Part shown: positions 26,478-39,482 of the stretch, in pieces
Numbering within the stretch: position 1 is the first letter of the stretch
Layout: each line of letters opens with the position of its first letter
Source: Lama guanicoe
Lineage: Eukaryota
NCBI GenBank assembly: GCA_013239625.1
Contig: MU053652.1
Span: forward strand, 9,092,507-9,156,506
Direction of reading: 5' to 3'
DNA length: 64,000 bases
Notes under the pieces: generated by a model
Seen by the model: only the letters and a program-made list of their open reading frames with translations
What the model was told of the DNA's origin: nothing
Databases searched by the model: none
Program-made: the position numbers and the translations under genes

Positions 26478-26560
26478 ATGTCATAATAAATATTAATCAT
26501 TATATACATGTCATAATAAATATTAAGCATATTAAATAAATGCCATAATAAATATTCAAT
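26478..26560. repeat. AT-rich minisatellite, about 2.7 copies of a 30-32 bp unit
   Basis: ATG(T/C)CATAATAAATATT at 26478, 26508 and 26540. Confidence 0.8.
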
Positions 26561-27689
26561 GTCTATGATGTGATTAGCTGCCCCCTAGATGCAGGGCACA
26601 ATTTGTATAGCCCTGCGAAGTAGCCAATCTTATCCTTGTATGTTGTATAGATCAGCTTTCTTTAAGATGGTTCACATTTGTTGATGGTTTGCACTGGAAC
26701 GACATTGACCAGACCTGAATTCTGGAAAGGATCCAGTGAGAAAGGCTGCCTGTTTGGAAGGAATATTTGTTAGTCACTGACAGTTACTCTAATACCTTCC
26801 TATTTCCAATTCTTTTTCAGTCCTCACATTCATTTTTAATTTTTAAAAAATTAGCCAAGTATTACAAAACATGGGGTTAAGCCCTAACTTGCAAGGTCAT
26901 TGGGTTCTGCCCCTCTGGTTTGCATCATCGGTGTGCTAAAGTAGGAGGTTTCCAGTGTCTTCCAGTGTTGATTGTAATGGGTACCACATCACTGGATAAC
27001 AAATTTCTAAACCCCTGGGAGCCTCACTCCAAGGCTGTGAGCCTGACAAAACTGCAGTGATGCAGTTCTGTCTTTGAAGATGATTCTGGGTTGTTACCAC
27101 ACATAACTAAATCAGCAGCCCAGCCCTTGGCTTCAATAATCTGAGTTCAAGTTCTTTGGAATGAGGTTCTTCGTGAAGCCGGCACTGGGCGAAGCAAGCA
27201 GCCACACCTGATCCGAACCCCCTACCCCAATAATTCTGATAGAGATGAAACATGCTTGCCTCATTAGCAAACTGCTGAAAATGAGGCTTCTTCTTAAGTT
27301 GAGAGAAATACTTAAAAATAGGTAGAAATCAGATGGGAGTTTAGCAGAGGAAAGAAACTGGAGTAGGTGCTGTGAAACATGAAGAAGACCAAGGCAAAAC
27401 ATGAGGGAACTGCAAATCGCAGTGGCGTGGGTTGTTAAAATACTTTAATGTTTAAAAAACGTAAATATTTTGTTTGGCACGGTGTGGTTCTTTTTATTTT
27501 CTGGTCTGTGAAATTTGACATTTAACATTGGCTGAAATGGGGAAAATGGTTCAGTACATAAGATGTTTAGTGACGAGGGTGGTCCTATTCAGCCTCCTAT
27601 TCATCTGCCTGTCTGTTAAATGGAGATGCTCTTCAGAGTTCATTCCAGCTTCTGTTTTCTTTATAGATGTTCTCTCTGTGTGCATGCAG

Positions 27690-28030
27690 CCTGCTCTATG
27701 GCTTTGAATATCATCTATATCTCTCATGAATTCCTGCCTTTCTCACCTAAGCTTCAGAGTATATATGCATCTACCTCTGGACATCTCTATTTGGATGTCT
27801 CCTGGTCTTTTAAACTCAATGTACATTTAAGAGTTTATGGTATAAACTGGTGTTTCTCAGTGAGGCCACTCTTAAGAATATCCCCCCAAACTAATTTTTC
27901 CACTTGATTACATGTCTCAGAAAATGGCAACCACCATCTTCCTTGCTGCTCTGGATGAAGCATCAAGGAATGCTTCCTTTTCTCTCATTCCCACATTCAA
28001 CAAACACATAGCTGGCCTCTGTCTTCTAAA
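27690..28030. mobile_element. L2 fragment
   Basis: GACATCTCTATTTGGATGTCT...AAACTCAATGT...TCTCAGAAAATGGCAACCACCAT. Confidence 0.55.
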
Positions 28031-28089
28031 TCTTGTCTGAGGGTATCTACAGGGTGATCAGCAATTCAGCAGGGGTAAGCGAATACATA

Positions 28090-28765
28090 ATGTATGTTTT
28101 ATTACAATATCACCAGGCATGCTAAAATAATATCTATGTTTCCAAACATGGCTTCCTATGTTTGGTGGAACATGATTCACATCCAGAACCCTAGCTGCAA
28201 GGGAGTCTGGGAAATAAAGTTTATGGTTTTATTAGCTTGGAAATACAAGACGAGTTCTGGTTACTCTCACTGTGTAACAGCTACCACAAAATCTAATGGC
28301 ATAAACAGTGATTTATTTTGCTCATCAATCTGCAATTCGAGCATGGCTCAGTGGGAGCAGCTTGTCTTTGCTTCACACAGTCTCATTTGGGGTATGTTGG
28401 CTGGGAGCTGGGGATTCCATTTCAAGACAGCTTGCTCACATAGCAGGCAAGTTGGTTCTATCTGGAAGCTCAGGATAAGGCCTTGGTTTCTTACCACACG
28501 TGTCTTCTCGTGTGTGGGTCTGTCAAGGGATGATGGTACTGTTCTAAGAGTGAACTATCCCAAGAGATCCAGGCAGAAGCTATATTGCCTTTTATGACTT
28601 AGCCTCAGAAATCACATAGCATCACTTTCATTGTAGTCACAAGTCCACCCAGATTCAAGGGAAGGAATCGTAAACCCCACTTCTCAATGGAATGAGTTTC
28701 AAAGGGTCACACGTGGGCTGAAAGACATGGTTGGGCTATTTTTGGAAAATACAATCTGCCCCTGG
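28090..28765 (-). mobile_element. Old MLT1 LTR fragments (probably two)
   Basis: CCTAGCTGCAAGGGAGTCTGGGAAA; TGTGTAACAGCTACCACAAAA; TTATGACTTAGCCTCAGAA...CACATAGCATCACTT; TTTTGGAAAATACAATCTGCC. Confidence 0.65.
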
Positions 28766-30274
28766 AAAGCCCCTGGAAGGACAGTGGCATGTGGGTGGAT
28801 TCTGTGATTACACAGTAATGACCCATAGTTATCAATTTTTCCTCACTGGCCTTAATTATTTTCTAAGCATTTCAGTTTTTGTCTAGGTGGTTCTTTGAAT
28901 CTTTTTATATATCCCTGTGAGCTTAGAGCTGGACATACTGTATAAACAAAATGTGGAGTATTTTTCATTTATTCTCTAAAAAGCCCCAGAAATGTGCTTT
29001 TAGCTTTGAGTCCATAAAAACACTTACTTGAAGGAAAGGTGCTATAAGACACTTCTCTACTTTAACAGTTTTCATTAAGAACCTTAATGCTATAGTTTTC
29101 AATACATAGCTTCATGGAACAAGGTAGAAGCAAGGGAAAAATGACTTCCATCAGTTCATTTCTCTACGTGGATAATTCAGAACTGAAGCGATGCCCCTTG
29201 GATTGAAGCAAGATTAACAGGAATCTGAGACGTGGCAAAAATCATGTCCAAAGCTGCAGAGGAAAGGATTGCAAGTTAGCATATTTGGGAAGTTTCTCAA
29301 AGGTCAGGCTGTGTTTCTCATGGTCTGATTAGAAGTGATTGTTGTGTATGGAACAAGAGGTTTCAATCTCACACCCACAGTTTTTCTTACTCCCACTTTC
29401 AAATCTTATTTTTCTTTTTAAAAATGATTGCTTTGAAAAAAAAACTTAACTCTAATTTAATGCAAAGGATGTTTAGGTTCTTAAAACTGGTGTGTGTTTA
29501 ATTTACAGACCTTAACATTTGATACCACCTACTATAGCACACTGAAACTGCACTAATGAGGAGAAGACCTCTAATGTAACAGGATATTCTGCAATTACCA
29601 ACTGAGTAGGTGATAGTCAATCATGGTTTATAATAATGAAAATGTTTTGCTTATTTTGACAAATGTGTAGATTTCCCCACTTTCCCTATATAGTTCATTT
29701 AATTCTGATTCTCTGTGCTACCTATGAGTGAAATTCAGTTTTAAGAAAAAATTTTAAAACGTATCTGCTTATAAAGAGATCTTAGTTTCTAAGTTTTGTA
29801 TGTTAGAGAAATGGTTTAAGCCATTTTGTATGCTAACATTTTAGGGACTTTCAGATCAGAAATGTGAAAATTAAGTTAAGAGTCCTAAGGTGTAATACTG
29901 AATAGAATGTGTACATATTAAATGTTTGTATTAATTTTATGTGAAGAAACAGATACCATAAAAAATTCTTAGAGTATTAGACTGGGACCTATGATGGACT
30001 TTATAATCCTGGTGCATTTGGCTAAATAGATGAATTAAGCTTATCCTTAATACTTCTCTCAAGTTTGCAAAACTGCTCTACATGACTTAATATCAGAGAT
30101 CATGTCCGTGTAGAACACACTTTTTCAATTGGTCTAATTTATATAGGTGCTATGGAAAAAAAAGTAGACATGTTTTGAAAAATTGAGACATTTATTGTAT
30201 GCTGAGGAACACTGTCTATAGTGTCAGGTTTCCCAGGTCTATTAAAGAGAATATTTTTGTCCTAGGTGAAAACA

Positions 30275-30520
30275 ATTCATTCACTAATTCTTTATTCATC
30301 CATTCATCTAAAATGTATTGAGTGTCTTTAATATCCCAGGTGCTGTTCTAAGTGTGAAAATACAGAGGTTTATAAGAGAGTAAATTAATGGAGGCACTTA
30401 TAAACTCATGGAGGAGACAGACAACAAAGGAATTTGAAATGTATCAGGAAACAAAATGTGCTATGGAGAAAAGGCAAGCAGATATGGAGATGGGAGGGCC
30501 TAGGGGTGAGGCAGGTGTGG
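30275..30520 (-). mobile_element. L2 3' fragment
   Basis: TTCATTCA-type tail, TATTGAGTG...CCAGGTGCTGTTCTAAG. Confidence 0.5.
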
Positions 30521-30959
30521 GGAGGTGGGCTGATGTCCAGCTGGGACACGCAGGACAGCAAGCCAGCTCAAGGTCCTTCTGTGATCCGTGTGAAATAGTC
30601 TGAACATCTTTCTTAGGCACAAGGAGGGAATGCCACTCCCACAGGCCGCTGTGGCTGCTGCTCCAGGGAGGAGCGGTTTGAGCAGAGGTCTGGACCCGTG
30701 AGCGGAACAGCAAGACCCCAGGACCTCGGCAGTGGGAGGGGAAGTTGTACGACGCTTTTGGAAAGCAGGAGATGATTAGGGCACCTAAAAATGTTCATAC
30801 GATCTGCTCGCCAAATGGCACTGAGAGCAATGATCCTAAATATGGGAAACGTTTTTGCATAAAGAAATGTTTACCACGTGTTGTAGTAGGAAGACTCTGA
30901 AGAGAGCCTAGACAGCTGACATCAGGAATATGATCACCAGGGCCATGGTACATCCGCGA

Positions 30960-31175
30960 GGGCAGGTCTCCCCACCTGGGTACCACTGACATGTTGTGCT
31001 GGACGGTTCTTTGCTGTGACGGCTGTCCTGTGCGCTGCAGATGTGGGGCAGTATTCCTGGCTTTTGCCCAGTAGGTGCCAGCAGCACGTCGCCTTACAGA
31101 GGTGACAGTCAAAATGTCTCCAGACATTGCCAAATGTCCCCTGGGGGGCAACCTGTCCTTGGTTGAAAACCACTA
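30960..31175. mobile_element. MER20 DNA transposon
   Basis: CTGTCCTGTGCGCTGCAG...AAAATGTCTCCAGACATTGCCAAATGTCCCCTGGGGGGCAA...GGTTGAAAACCACT. Confidence 0.85.
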
Positions 31176-32121
31176 TACTAGGAATATTATACAATGACAA
31201 TGATAAGTTTATAGATTATATGTAATAAAAATGCCTATGTAACAATATGAAAAGCAGAATAAAAAATATATATTCATAACAAGGCCACCAATATGTAATA
31301 AAACAATATGCGGATAAAACCTGTGAATGCAATGAAACAATGAATGAAATTTGGTAATGGATGGAAACAATTGGGTTAGGGTTACCGGCTTACTTACCAG
31401 GCTTCATTCATTTTCTCAGAAATGATTGCTGTGTGGATTGTTTTCCTCATAATTCTCTCATAATTGTATTTTCTCATAGTTGACAGTTGTCTCAGAGTTA
31501 AAGATCAAAAGATAAAGAAAGATGGCTATATCTGACAGGACTGTCTTTTTAAAAAGTTGGTTTCAGGGTATTTTTATTAGAATTTATCTATAAAGTAATT
31601 ATACATGATAACTTGCAAAGTTACTTCCTCTCAGAAGAGCAAGACACTTCACTAATGAAAAACCATGTAGGAAAAAAAAATTCTAAGTCCCTTCAAAGGC
31701 CATTTGTTCCTGGGACAAAGGCTAAGGAAAAAATAATTATGGTGACATGTACTCTTTGTTCAAATTAGTTTATGATTAGACTTTGCAGGTTATGGGGAAA
31801 CAAAACTGTAAAACAAGAGGATTAGGAGATAAGGCTAGAAAAGCAACAGAGGAAGCAAAATTAACCGTGTGGCCATCTTCCCCGGGAGAGTGAGAAATAA
31901 GCTCATTATTTTTATACCCAGCAGAGCAGCGCTTACAGACGCTTTGTGACCGTGACACTTCACTCTTTGTTGGACTTTTTTCTACTTCCTATCACGTCAT
32001 GACTATCGCTTTAAAAGGAAAGGTAAAAAACAGAAACATTCATTTTGAGTCTATTTTAAGGATTTGGTGAAAATGTCCTGATTTTGCTCGAGGAAACTGG
32101 AGGCTCTCTGCTCACTAAGGA

Positions 32122-32280
32122 GCAGTGGTTCTCAAACTTTATCTGCACCAGTCGCTGAGCCCCAGCCTCAGAGTTCCTGAGATGGTAGATCGGGGACGGG
32201 GGCCCAGGATTTGCGCTTCTAACAAGTTCCCAGGTTTTGCTGATGCTGTGGTCTGAGAATCACACTGTGAGAACCCCTGG
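32122..32280. mobile_element. MER5A-like DNA transposon
   Basis: CAGTGGTTCTCAAACTT...TCTAACAAGTTCCCAGG...CACACTGTGAGAACC with terminal inverted repeats. Confidence 0.75.
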
Positions 32281-33098
32281 GGGAGAGGAAACTTTTCTTG
32301 CCTTCCGCCTTAGATGCTGAGCTGGGTGTTACTGAGGGATGGTGCCCCCGTCAGCAGTGGGGAGGAGAGGAGACGGGAAGGGTCAGAAATCTAATAATAC
32401 CCTCATCTAACAGTAAGCACTCAAGAATTACTCTCACATTAAAGGAAGAATAATTGGAAAAACAAAACAAAACAAAACGAAACACTCCTGGCTAAGGCAG
32501 GGGGCTGCTTCCAGTATCAAAGTAGGCTCGTTACCCATGATTCTCTGCTTCCCTGCCCTTCACCTGCACACAGACATTGAATCCTGACAATCTGCCTTAA
32601 CCCAGGACTTCTTACCTACTTCCACTCTGGGAGATACGACCTCCTGGTCCTTGTCTATTCATCTATCTGCCTTCCAAACCAGCTTAGCTTGTCCCTGACT
32701 GGCAAATCTGCTTGCTTCTAACTCCCAGCTGGGTTCTAAACCAGTTTCCCCACATTTGTTGGTACATGGCACGCTTAGTTTCTGAGTGGCATTTTCATAG
32801 TTCCCTTAAGCTAAGAGAAATACATAATGGTTCTGTTTATTAAGTAGTTAAGTCCAAGTACTTTAATAGTGCAGTGGTACAGTGTCCGTACCTGTTGCTG
32901 GGTTGTCCTCAAAAATGTAAAATTTTGCGAGTTCCCCGTGTGCCTCAATGCATAGTTTGGGAATCGCAGCTCTACGCACAGTCCCATCCCATCCACCTTC
33001 TTTGACGCCCATCATCTCAGAGGGACCACGTCCACAGTTTTCTGCTCCACATGCCTCAGCACTCCACAAGCAAACACAAACCAACGGCAATATTTATA

Positions 33099-33104
33099 TT
33101 TATT
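33099..33104 (-). terminator. PTPRZ1 poly(A) signal (distal, likely main)
   Basis: AATAAA on minus strand followed by a GU-rich element GTTGGTTTGTGTTTGCTTGT (about 33086-33067). Confidence 0.7.
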
Positions 33105-33193
33105 TTTGTGATGACTTGGATAAAAACCATTTAAACAATGTTGGGTAAGGTGTTACTCTCATAAAAACATCTTCTTTCAAAACAAATGCATTT

Positions 33194-33199
33194 TTTATT
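33194..33199 (-). terminator. PTPRZ1 poly(A) signal (proximal candidate)
   Basis: AATAAA on minus strand followed by TTTGTTTTG. Confidence 0.45.
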
Positions 33200-33912
33200 T
33201 TCCATAGAAGTTAAAATTACATGCTAAAACAGAGTTAATCACTAAACACAAAACGGTGTGTTTGTATCAGAAGACTTGTCAAGTAAGACCAGATAATGAA
33301 CTACATCATTAAACTAAACAATTACACAGAACTAGAAAACTGACTCAGTAGTAAAATATAAAAATCTACAATTATAAATATAAATTTGGTCCAGGGAGAC
33401 TCTAGAACAGTATTTACAGTAAGTATCAGATTATTTCTACTTCAGGTGAATACTGCAGTTGTAAAATGTTGGCTATCATAGGGAACAGTGTTTTATTTAC
33501 AGTGAACTATATTAAAAGTTACATTTCTAGCAAACCTGATGATTGCTACAAATACAGCTAAAAATTTGACACTAAAAACAAACATGTTTTCTGTAGTTGG
33601 AAATTCCTAGTATCTATAAATTGAAATTTTCTGTTAAAATCAATATGAAAAAAAGATACCACAATTCCATTCTTAGAAACACTGTAAATTTCAATCATTT
33701 TAGTTTAAACACAATTAAGTGAATTACAAGAAGTTTTGCAAAAAGGCACACGTTGTTAATGATGTAAATTTGGCAGCAGAAGCCTACGTCATGAAAGTTA
33801 CTGTCAGGTAATGAGAAGCAAACAGATGACAGAAGAACTGAATGATGTTCCTGTCTAACTTTAGAAAGAGGACAACAGTGCTCAGATGTGGACTCCCCTA
33901 CCCGTCTCTGGC

Positions 33913-34053
33913 TTAGACTAAAGACTCTAAGCTCTCGGCTATATTTCCATCAGGCAGTGCTGCGCCATTGCTGTCCAGAGACGTGGACGGATTCTCTTCC
34001 TGCCTCGTGCTCACAAGGCTGAGAACTGCTTTGTAGAGAAACTGATACTGCTC
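33913..34053 (-). CDS. PTPRZ1: PTPRZ1 terminal coding exon (approx. exon 30), PDZ-binding tail
   Basis: ccccag|GAG CAG TAT...[55 protein letters not shown]; class I PDZ motif -SLV. Confidence 0.97.
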   Translation of the reverse strand, partial: EQYQFLYKAVLSLVSTRQEENPSTSLDSNGAALPDGNIAESLESLV

Positions 34054-35645
34054 CTGGGGAACAGAGAATGGGAGGTTAGGAACAGGAAGCTCCGTGAAGA
34101 CACACGTTTGTAAAAAGAAGGACTGTTTGTAGTCACCCTTCGACACCATCCATGGAAGGGCATGGTGTTTAGGGCTCGGTTTTAATCAGCAGAGGTATAC
34201 CATCTACATGAATGCCTCTTTCTGATTGAATTTAAAGTAGCTCTACAATTAGCCGAGAACATTCACCTAGAACATTGGCCCACATGCATTTGCCAATGGC
34301 AAGTACTCTGTTCTCATTCGTTTAACCCATAAAATTGGACAGTGATGTCACAGGGTTCTGTTATTGGTTTATCAACTTGTGTGTGAACCCTTTGGCAGTG
34401 GATATCTGTGACCTACTCATAAATAACTTACTCATTCTCCTTTCTCCAGTTGTGTTGAGGTCGGTTGGGTTTGTCTCTTTATGGAGAGGTCTCAGAAAGG
34501 ACTGTGCCGTCAGCCCAGGGACTCATGCAAAATGCAAGCCTTTCACAAAACCCACTGTTGACCAAGGATTCCTCACCCTCGACCAGCCTGACCGGCCCTA
34601 TGCCGTGCATTGTGCAAAGGTGAGCGTGTGCCTGCTGTGGTCTCGGAGCAGAGACACACAGAAGAATAAAGTAGTTGCTCTCTTGCAGAGGCCGACTCCG
34701 GGTGGTGGGATGGGGGAAGGCAGCTGCAAAGAACGTGGGCTGGTGGCTAGCAGTAGGACCACAGGCCTCATTAAAAGCATTTGTGAAACTTGGGTTTAAG
34801 TTCAGTCTCTGGAAAACAATTTCACACAGGACAAGCTTGATACAACTCAACTGGCCCAAATGAGCCTTTTAATAGGGCTCCTCTGAAGTGCGTGTGCACA
34901 AGGGTCACCTTGCTCTCTGGCCAGCTACTCTGGGCTGGAGCTTTGAAGATGGACCCTTTAAAAGGCCCTTAAACATACCCAGACCAGGAAGCTGGAAGTG
35001 GGCCTATGACTCCTACACCCACCTAAGCTTCTCCCACTGGGGCATTGGCACCAAGTTCCCTATCGTCTTTCCAGCCCTTGTTTCTACAGTAATAAAAACC
35101 TCCAAATCATTTTCGGAGTTGAGACTTCTCTTTACAGATGTGCCATGTGTCTTTCTCAATTGTATTAGTCTCTTTCTCTCTCTCTCTCAAGAGGACCTCA
35201 GAATTAGCTATTTCTTAAGTTCAGAAAATGAACTTGGCTTGAGAAAAAAACAGTTTTAATGTTTAAGTCTCTGACGTCTATCTTCTGACTTTTCTGAGGC
35301 TATGCAGAACTTGAACCCCAAGAAAGAAACTATTTTTTTGTTGGATAAATCTGATTAGTTGGCACTCCGACTGAGGATATTTTTAAGAATTACAATGAGT
35401 CTTGCAAAACGGCACACAGAAGATTTAAAATTTTTGATCCATCAATTTTCTGGAAGATAAACTTCAAAATGTTTACTGTTTATTGTTCTGGTTCTCTGGA
35501 TTGCAAACTGAATATAATTCAGCTTGAAAATGAGATGCTAATGTTATCACCTTGCTCTTTCTTGATACGTGGCAAAATGGTTTCGGCAATCTCTAGAAAG
35601 TAGTGCTCTAACAGGAAAAGTTTGGTTCATTGCTTTATTACTTAC

Positions 35646-35781
35646 AATGTCAGCAAAGACTCCTGGCCTCATCAGATTGATCATCTTGGCCACCTGGTAA
35701 ACATCCATGGAGTTTTCTTTTTCTAGTTGGTGCATAAGGGTTGTCAGAGCACAGAAAGTTCCTGCTGTCACTCCTCCATGC
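35646..35781 (-). CDS. PTPRZ1: PTPRZ1 coding exon (approx. exon 29)
   Basis: ttccag|G CAT GGA GGA...GAC ATT|gtaagt; 136 nt; (E)[45 protein letters not shown]. Confidence 0.96.
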
Positions 35782-36583
35782 CTGGAAGCAAAGGGAAGGG
35801 ACAAAGACTCCATTCAGACGCATCAAGTGTTCACCGCTGGAACTCACAGAGCACGTGGCTTTGACAACTTTGCAGTAAGAACACTGAAGTTTTTAATTGT
35901 TTCATTATTTTATTGTGCATGGAACTGTGGTTGAATTAAATGTGATTGAACTAATGTCCATGATATTAGTAATGAGGTGCTTTATAGAAGTTTGATATTT
36001 GGTTATACATTTAATATTTTTATACTTTGGAGAGAGTTGGCAATAAATCACAATGATCTGACTTAGGTATAATATATATTATATAATATATATCATACAT
36101 AATATATATAGAAGACAACTCCAGCATATGCATTTTTTAATTTATTCACAACAGAAACCTGGAAAGATCCAAGGGATAAAAATTTCTATTTCTGGTAAAA
36201 AAGAAATATATTAATTTCACTCCTATCTCAGGAAGTCAATGGCTGAGAAATGTCTCACTGGTTAGCACCACCACCAGCACCACCAACAAAATTCAGGTTC
36301 TAAAACCCTGACCCATCACACGAAGTATTCTCAGCGTACATAACGCAAGGGCAGATTCTTCTGATCACGCTCTCATCTTCTGCCTTCAACAGGAGCTCCA
36401 GGAGAAGTGGAAAACAACCTCAAAACTATTCTGTGTTAATCTGGTCCCTGAGAAGCAGATAATCCACCCTGGCTGAAGAATTCACTATTGGTCCAAAGTA
36501 TTAGGTTAGTACAAAGACAACAGAAATACACAGACACCCAGAAAATGCTCGGGCATGAAACGAGTTAAAAGTGTGAAACTTAC

Positions 36584-36726
36584 TCATCGTGGACAATCAC
36601 AGGCCCATCCCTGGTGGCAGCTTCTTCTTTGATAATACTTATGAGTTCAAACGTTTTACTAATGGGGCTATCTGGATTTGGCCATCTGGGACACTGAAAA
36701 TGTCTCACTTCAAGTACATAATCATC
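36584..36726 (-). CDS. PTPRZ1: PTPRZ1 coding exon (approx. exon 28)
   Basis: cttatag|GAT GAT TAT...GAT GA|gtaagt; 143 nt; [47 protein letters not shown](E). Confidence 0.96.
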
Positions 36727-37089
36727 CTATAAGAAAACATAAAAATGAATGTTTTTAAAAGAGTCATATTGGTTAGTGAGTAGATTTATTGAGGAAAATC
36801 AGAAATGACAGGAAGGTAATAAAACCAAATCACACGCAGAGTGAGCAGCGGCGGTGTGGCCCGTCCTCCAGCACGGAAGGGAGAAACCGCTCTGACGACA
36901 CATGTGCCACGTATGGATGTAATCTCTTTTTTACTCCAAAAATAAACCTTGTTCGTGGGCTTATCTTGCCAGTCAAATCATGTCTAAGGATGTACCAAAG
37001 ATGTGTGTGTGCCGATAAATGTAAACTAACAAAAAGAAATCTTCAGGTTTAAAATTTGTTGTAACAATAGAAATTCTTCCTTTAAAAAC

Positions 37090-37170
37090 TGTGAATCACT
37101 GTATTGTACACTTGTAACTTATATAATATTGTACATCAACTATACTTAAATTAAAAAAAAGAAAAAAATA
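37090..37170 (+). mobile_element. Very short L1 3' tail insertion
   Basis: TGAATCACTGTATTGTACAC...AATATTGTACATCAACTATACTT followed by an A-tail. Confidence 0.7.
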
Positions 37171-37419
37171 GCATAGACTTCTTCAAATACTGGCATTACT
37201 GAAGTTTAACTACGAGAAGAATAAGATTGCATGACACAGTAGGGGAAATACTGGCAAAGAGGACAGAGATGTAAGTCCACTATTGTGCCAGTTTTGAGTC
37301 CTAGATAAGTGACCATACTGGATTGTGTGACTTTAAATCTCTTAAACCTCTGACCCACAGTTTCCTAAAGTCACTTATGCATATACAGAAATTTGATTGA
37401 TAACTGAACTGGTATAGTT

Positions 37420-38620
37420 GATTTATAAATGATGTTGAACAGTGGTTATTCATATGAAAATAATGAAACTAGACCCTTGACTCACAAAATATAATACAAG
37501 ACATTTCAGCAGAACTATCAAACACTTAGAAAGCAATGTAGAAAGGTATCTTTATGATTTTAGTGTAAGAAAGGATTTTTAAGACCCTAAATGATGGTTT
37601 CCTTATAAAAGAGGGAAAGAAAAATATTAACAAATCCTTATGAGCCAAACTTAGCATCTACAATTCTCCAAAAAAAAAACCAAAAAAATCACAAAGTCAA
37701 AACATCAAATTACAAACCAGAAGAATGTGTTTGCAATATGTATAGTTGACAAAAGATTACTATCCAAAATATATAAAGACCAGCAATAAATCAGTAAGAA
37801 AATGACAGACTAACAGAAAAAAGGGCAAATATAATGAACAGAAACTTTACAAAAGATGATGTAAAGATATTCAATTTCATGTGCAACATGGAAAATGCAA
37901 ATTAAAACCACCATGAGATCCCATTTCATTCCCACCACAATGCTGGTGAGGATGCAGAGATTCCAAATTACTTGTGCACTCCTGATGGGAGAGCAGACTG
38001 GCAGAATCATTTTGGAAAATCGCTGGCATTACTCAATAGGGTTGAGGAAAGTTGACGATGCCCAGACCCAATGACCAGGCAGGGGAATTCCCAGTACACC
38101 TAAGAAAAAATTTTGCACGTAGCTAAAAACACTCATGGCAGCACTATTTGTAGTAAAAAAACAGAACAATACAAAGCAAGTAATAACCCCAATGGAGAAT
38201 GGGAAAAAAAAGCATGTATTTATAGACTGGAATGCTAAACCACAGAAGTAAATGAATTTGAACTACAATACTCCAGTCCATGGGTAAATCTCAGCATTGT
38301 AAGGATGAAGGAAAGCAGAAAATCTCTGATAAGTATATATAATATGAAGCTCAGAAATACTCAACACTAAGCATAGTGTTAAGGAGTACAAAGAGAAAGG
38401 GGAAAATTATAATGTAAAACACGAAAGTGATTAAAATGGATTCAGGAAGTGGTTACTTCTAAAGGGAGGAAGAGACAGAATGGAATGGGGGCACAGGAGG
38501 GACTTCAAAGGTAAAGATTGTGTTCTTTTTCTTGAACTCATTGATTGTATCAACTTTATATCACATACATATTTTATGAACATTCTCTTTAATCTATTCA
38601 AAATTGAATAAATCAAAAAG
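37420..38620 (+). mobile_element. Old L1ME-like 3' fragment
   Basis: AAATGCAAATTAAAACCACCATGAGAT, ATCCAAAATATATAAAGA, GCAGCACTATTTGTAGTA. Confidence 0.7.
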
Positions 38621-39370
38621 TAACTCATACCAAGTGAATAAGTAAAAGGCTCTTTTTTTTCGTTCTTTCTTTTTTTTTTTAACAGCCCCAGCTCTTGATT
38701 TCAGTTGCTTATACCAAACCTCCTGGGCACTATAATGAACCCTGAGTATATGGTGTAGACCATCGCTTCCCTGCCAACCTCAATGCTGTGATTTTTTTTT
38801 TTTTTGCCAGGAGGCAGGGAGAAGTGTCTACAAATGTCTGAAGTTATGGAACTTCCCACTTCAGCCTTTTCTTCTTGCTTGATCACTGCTTTAGAAACAC
38901 TGCCCTCTCCTGTTAGACTCCTAGGTTGTCAAGCTGTTCATCCATAGCAGCTGATTTACATAGAGATGACATACTAAATTGGGATCAGTCATGAACGCTT
39001 ATTCTCTGTTTTGGGTTTTTTTTTTTTTTGGATAATACTAGGAGAAAAATTGTGCTGATTACACAAAGCCAATCTAGGTATTAGACTTGGTCAGTGATCA
39101 GGACAGTGGGTTATGATAAGATAATGGTATCTAATGATGATTACTCTTGTGATAAGCTTTCTACTAGTTGGTGAGAGTGATGAGAGGAGCTCATGAGAAG
39201 CACAGAGCTGAATGGGTGTTTAAGGAACAATTATAGGTAGAAACTAGCGTGGACTGTTAAGTGCTCTCAGGGACCACAGTATTCTTCTAATTGTTGCCCC
39301 TCATTTTACAAATAAGGAATGTAAGTCACTCTCCTCAGGCCAGGTTGTTGCTTATCAGTGATCAACGTGT

Positions 39371-39482
39371 TTGTTTGTTTGTTTATTTGATGTACACTCA
39401 GTTACAATGTGTCAATTCCTCGTGTACAGCACAATATCCCAGTCATGCATATACATACATATATTCATTTTCATAGTCTTTT
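39371..39482 (-). mobile_element. Short L1 3'-end-like insertion with TSD
   Basis: (TTTG)n tail, CAGTTACAATGTGTCAATT...GTACAGCA...CAGTCATGCATATACATACATATATTC; flanked by AACGTGTT / AACATGTT. Confidence 0.65.

Larger units (their letters stand above)
33085..33912 (-). other. PTPRZ1: PTPRZ1 3'UTR (approx. 830 nt)
   Basis: AU-rich sequence without obvious repeats between the stop and two AATAAA signals; cleavage position estimated. Confidence 0.75.

Noticed and set aside
26478..26560. Repeat-spacer-like pattern suggesting a CRISPR-like array
   Set aside because: Three AT-rich units with related spacers in mammalian DNA; an ordinary minisatellite.
28094..28597. 167-aa intergenic ORF
   Set aside because: Lies within degenerate MLT1 LTR sequence, with no coding signature.
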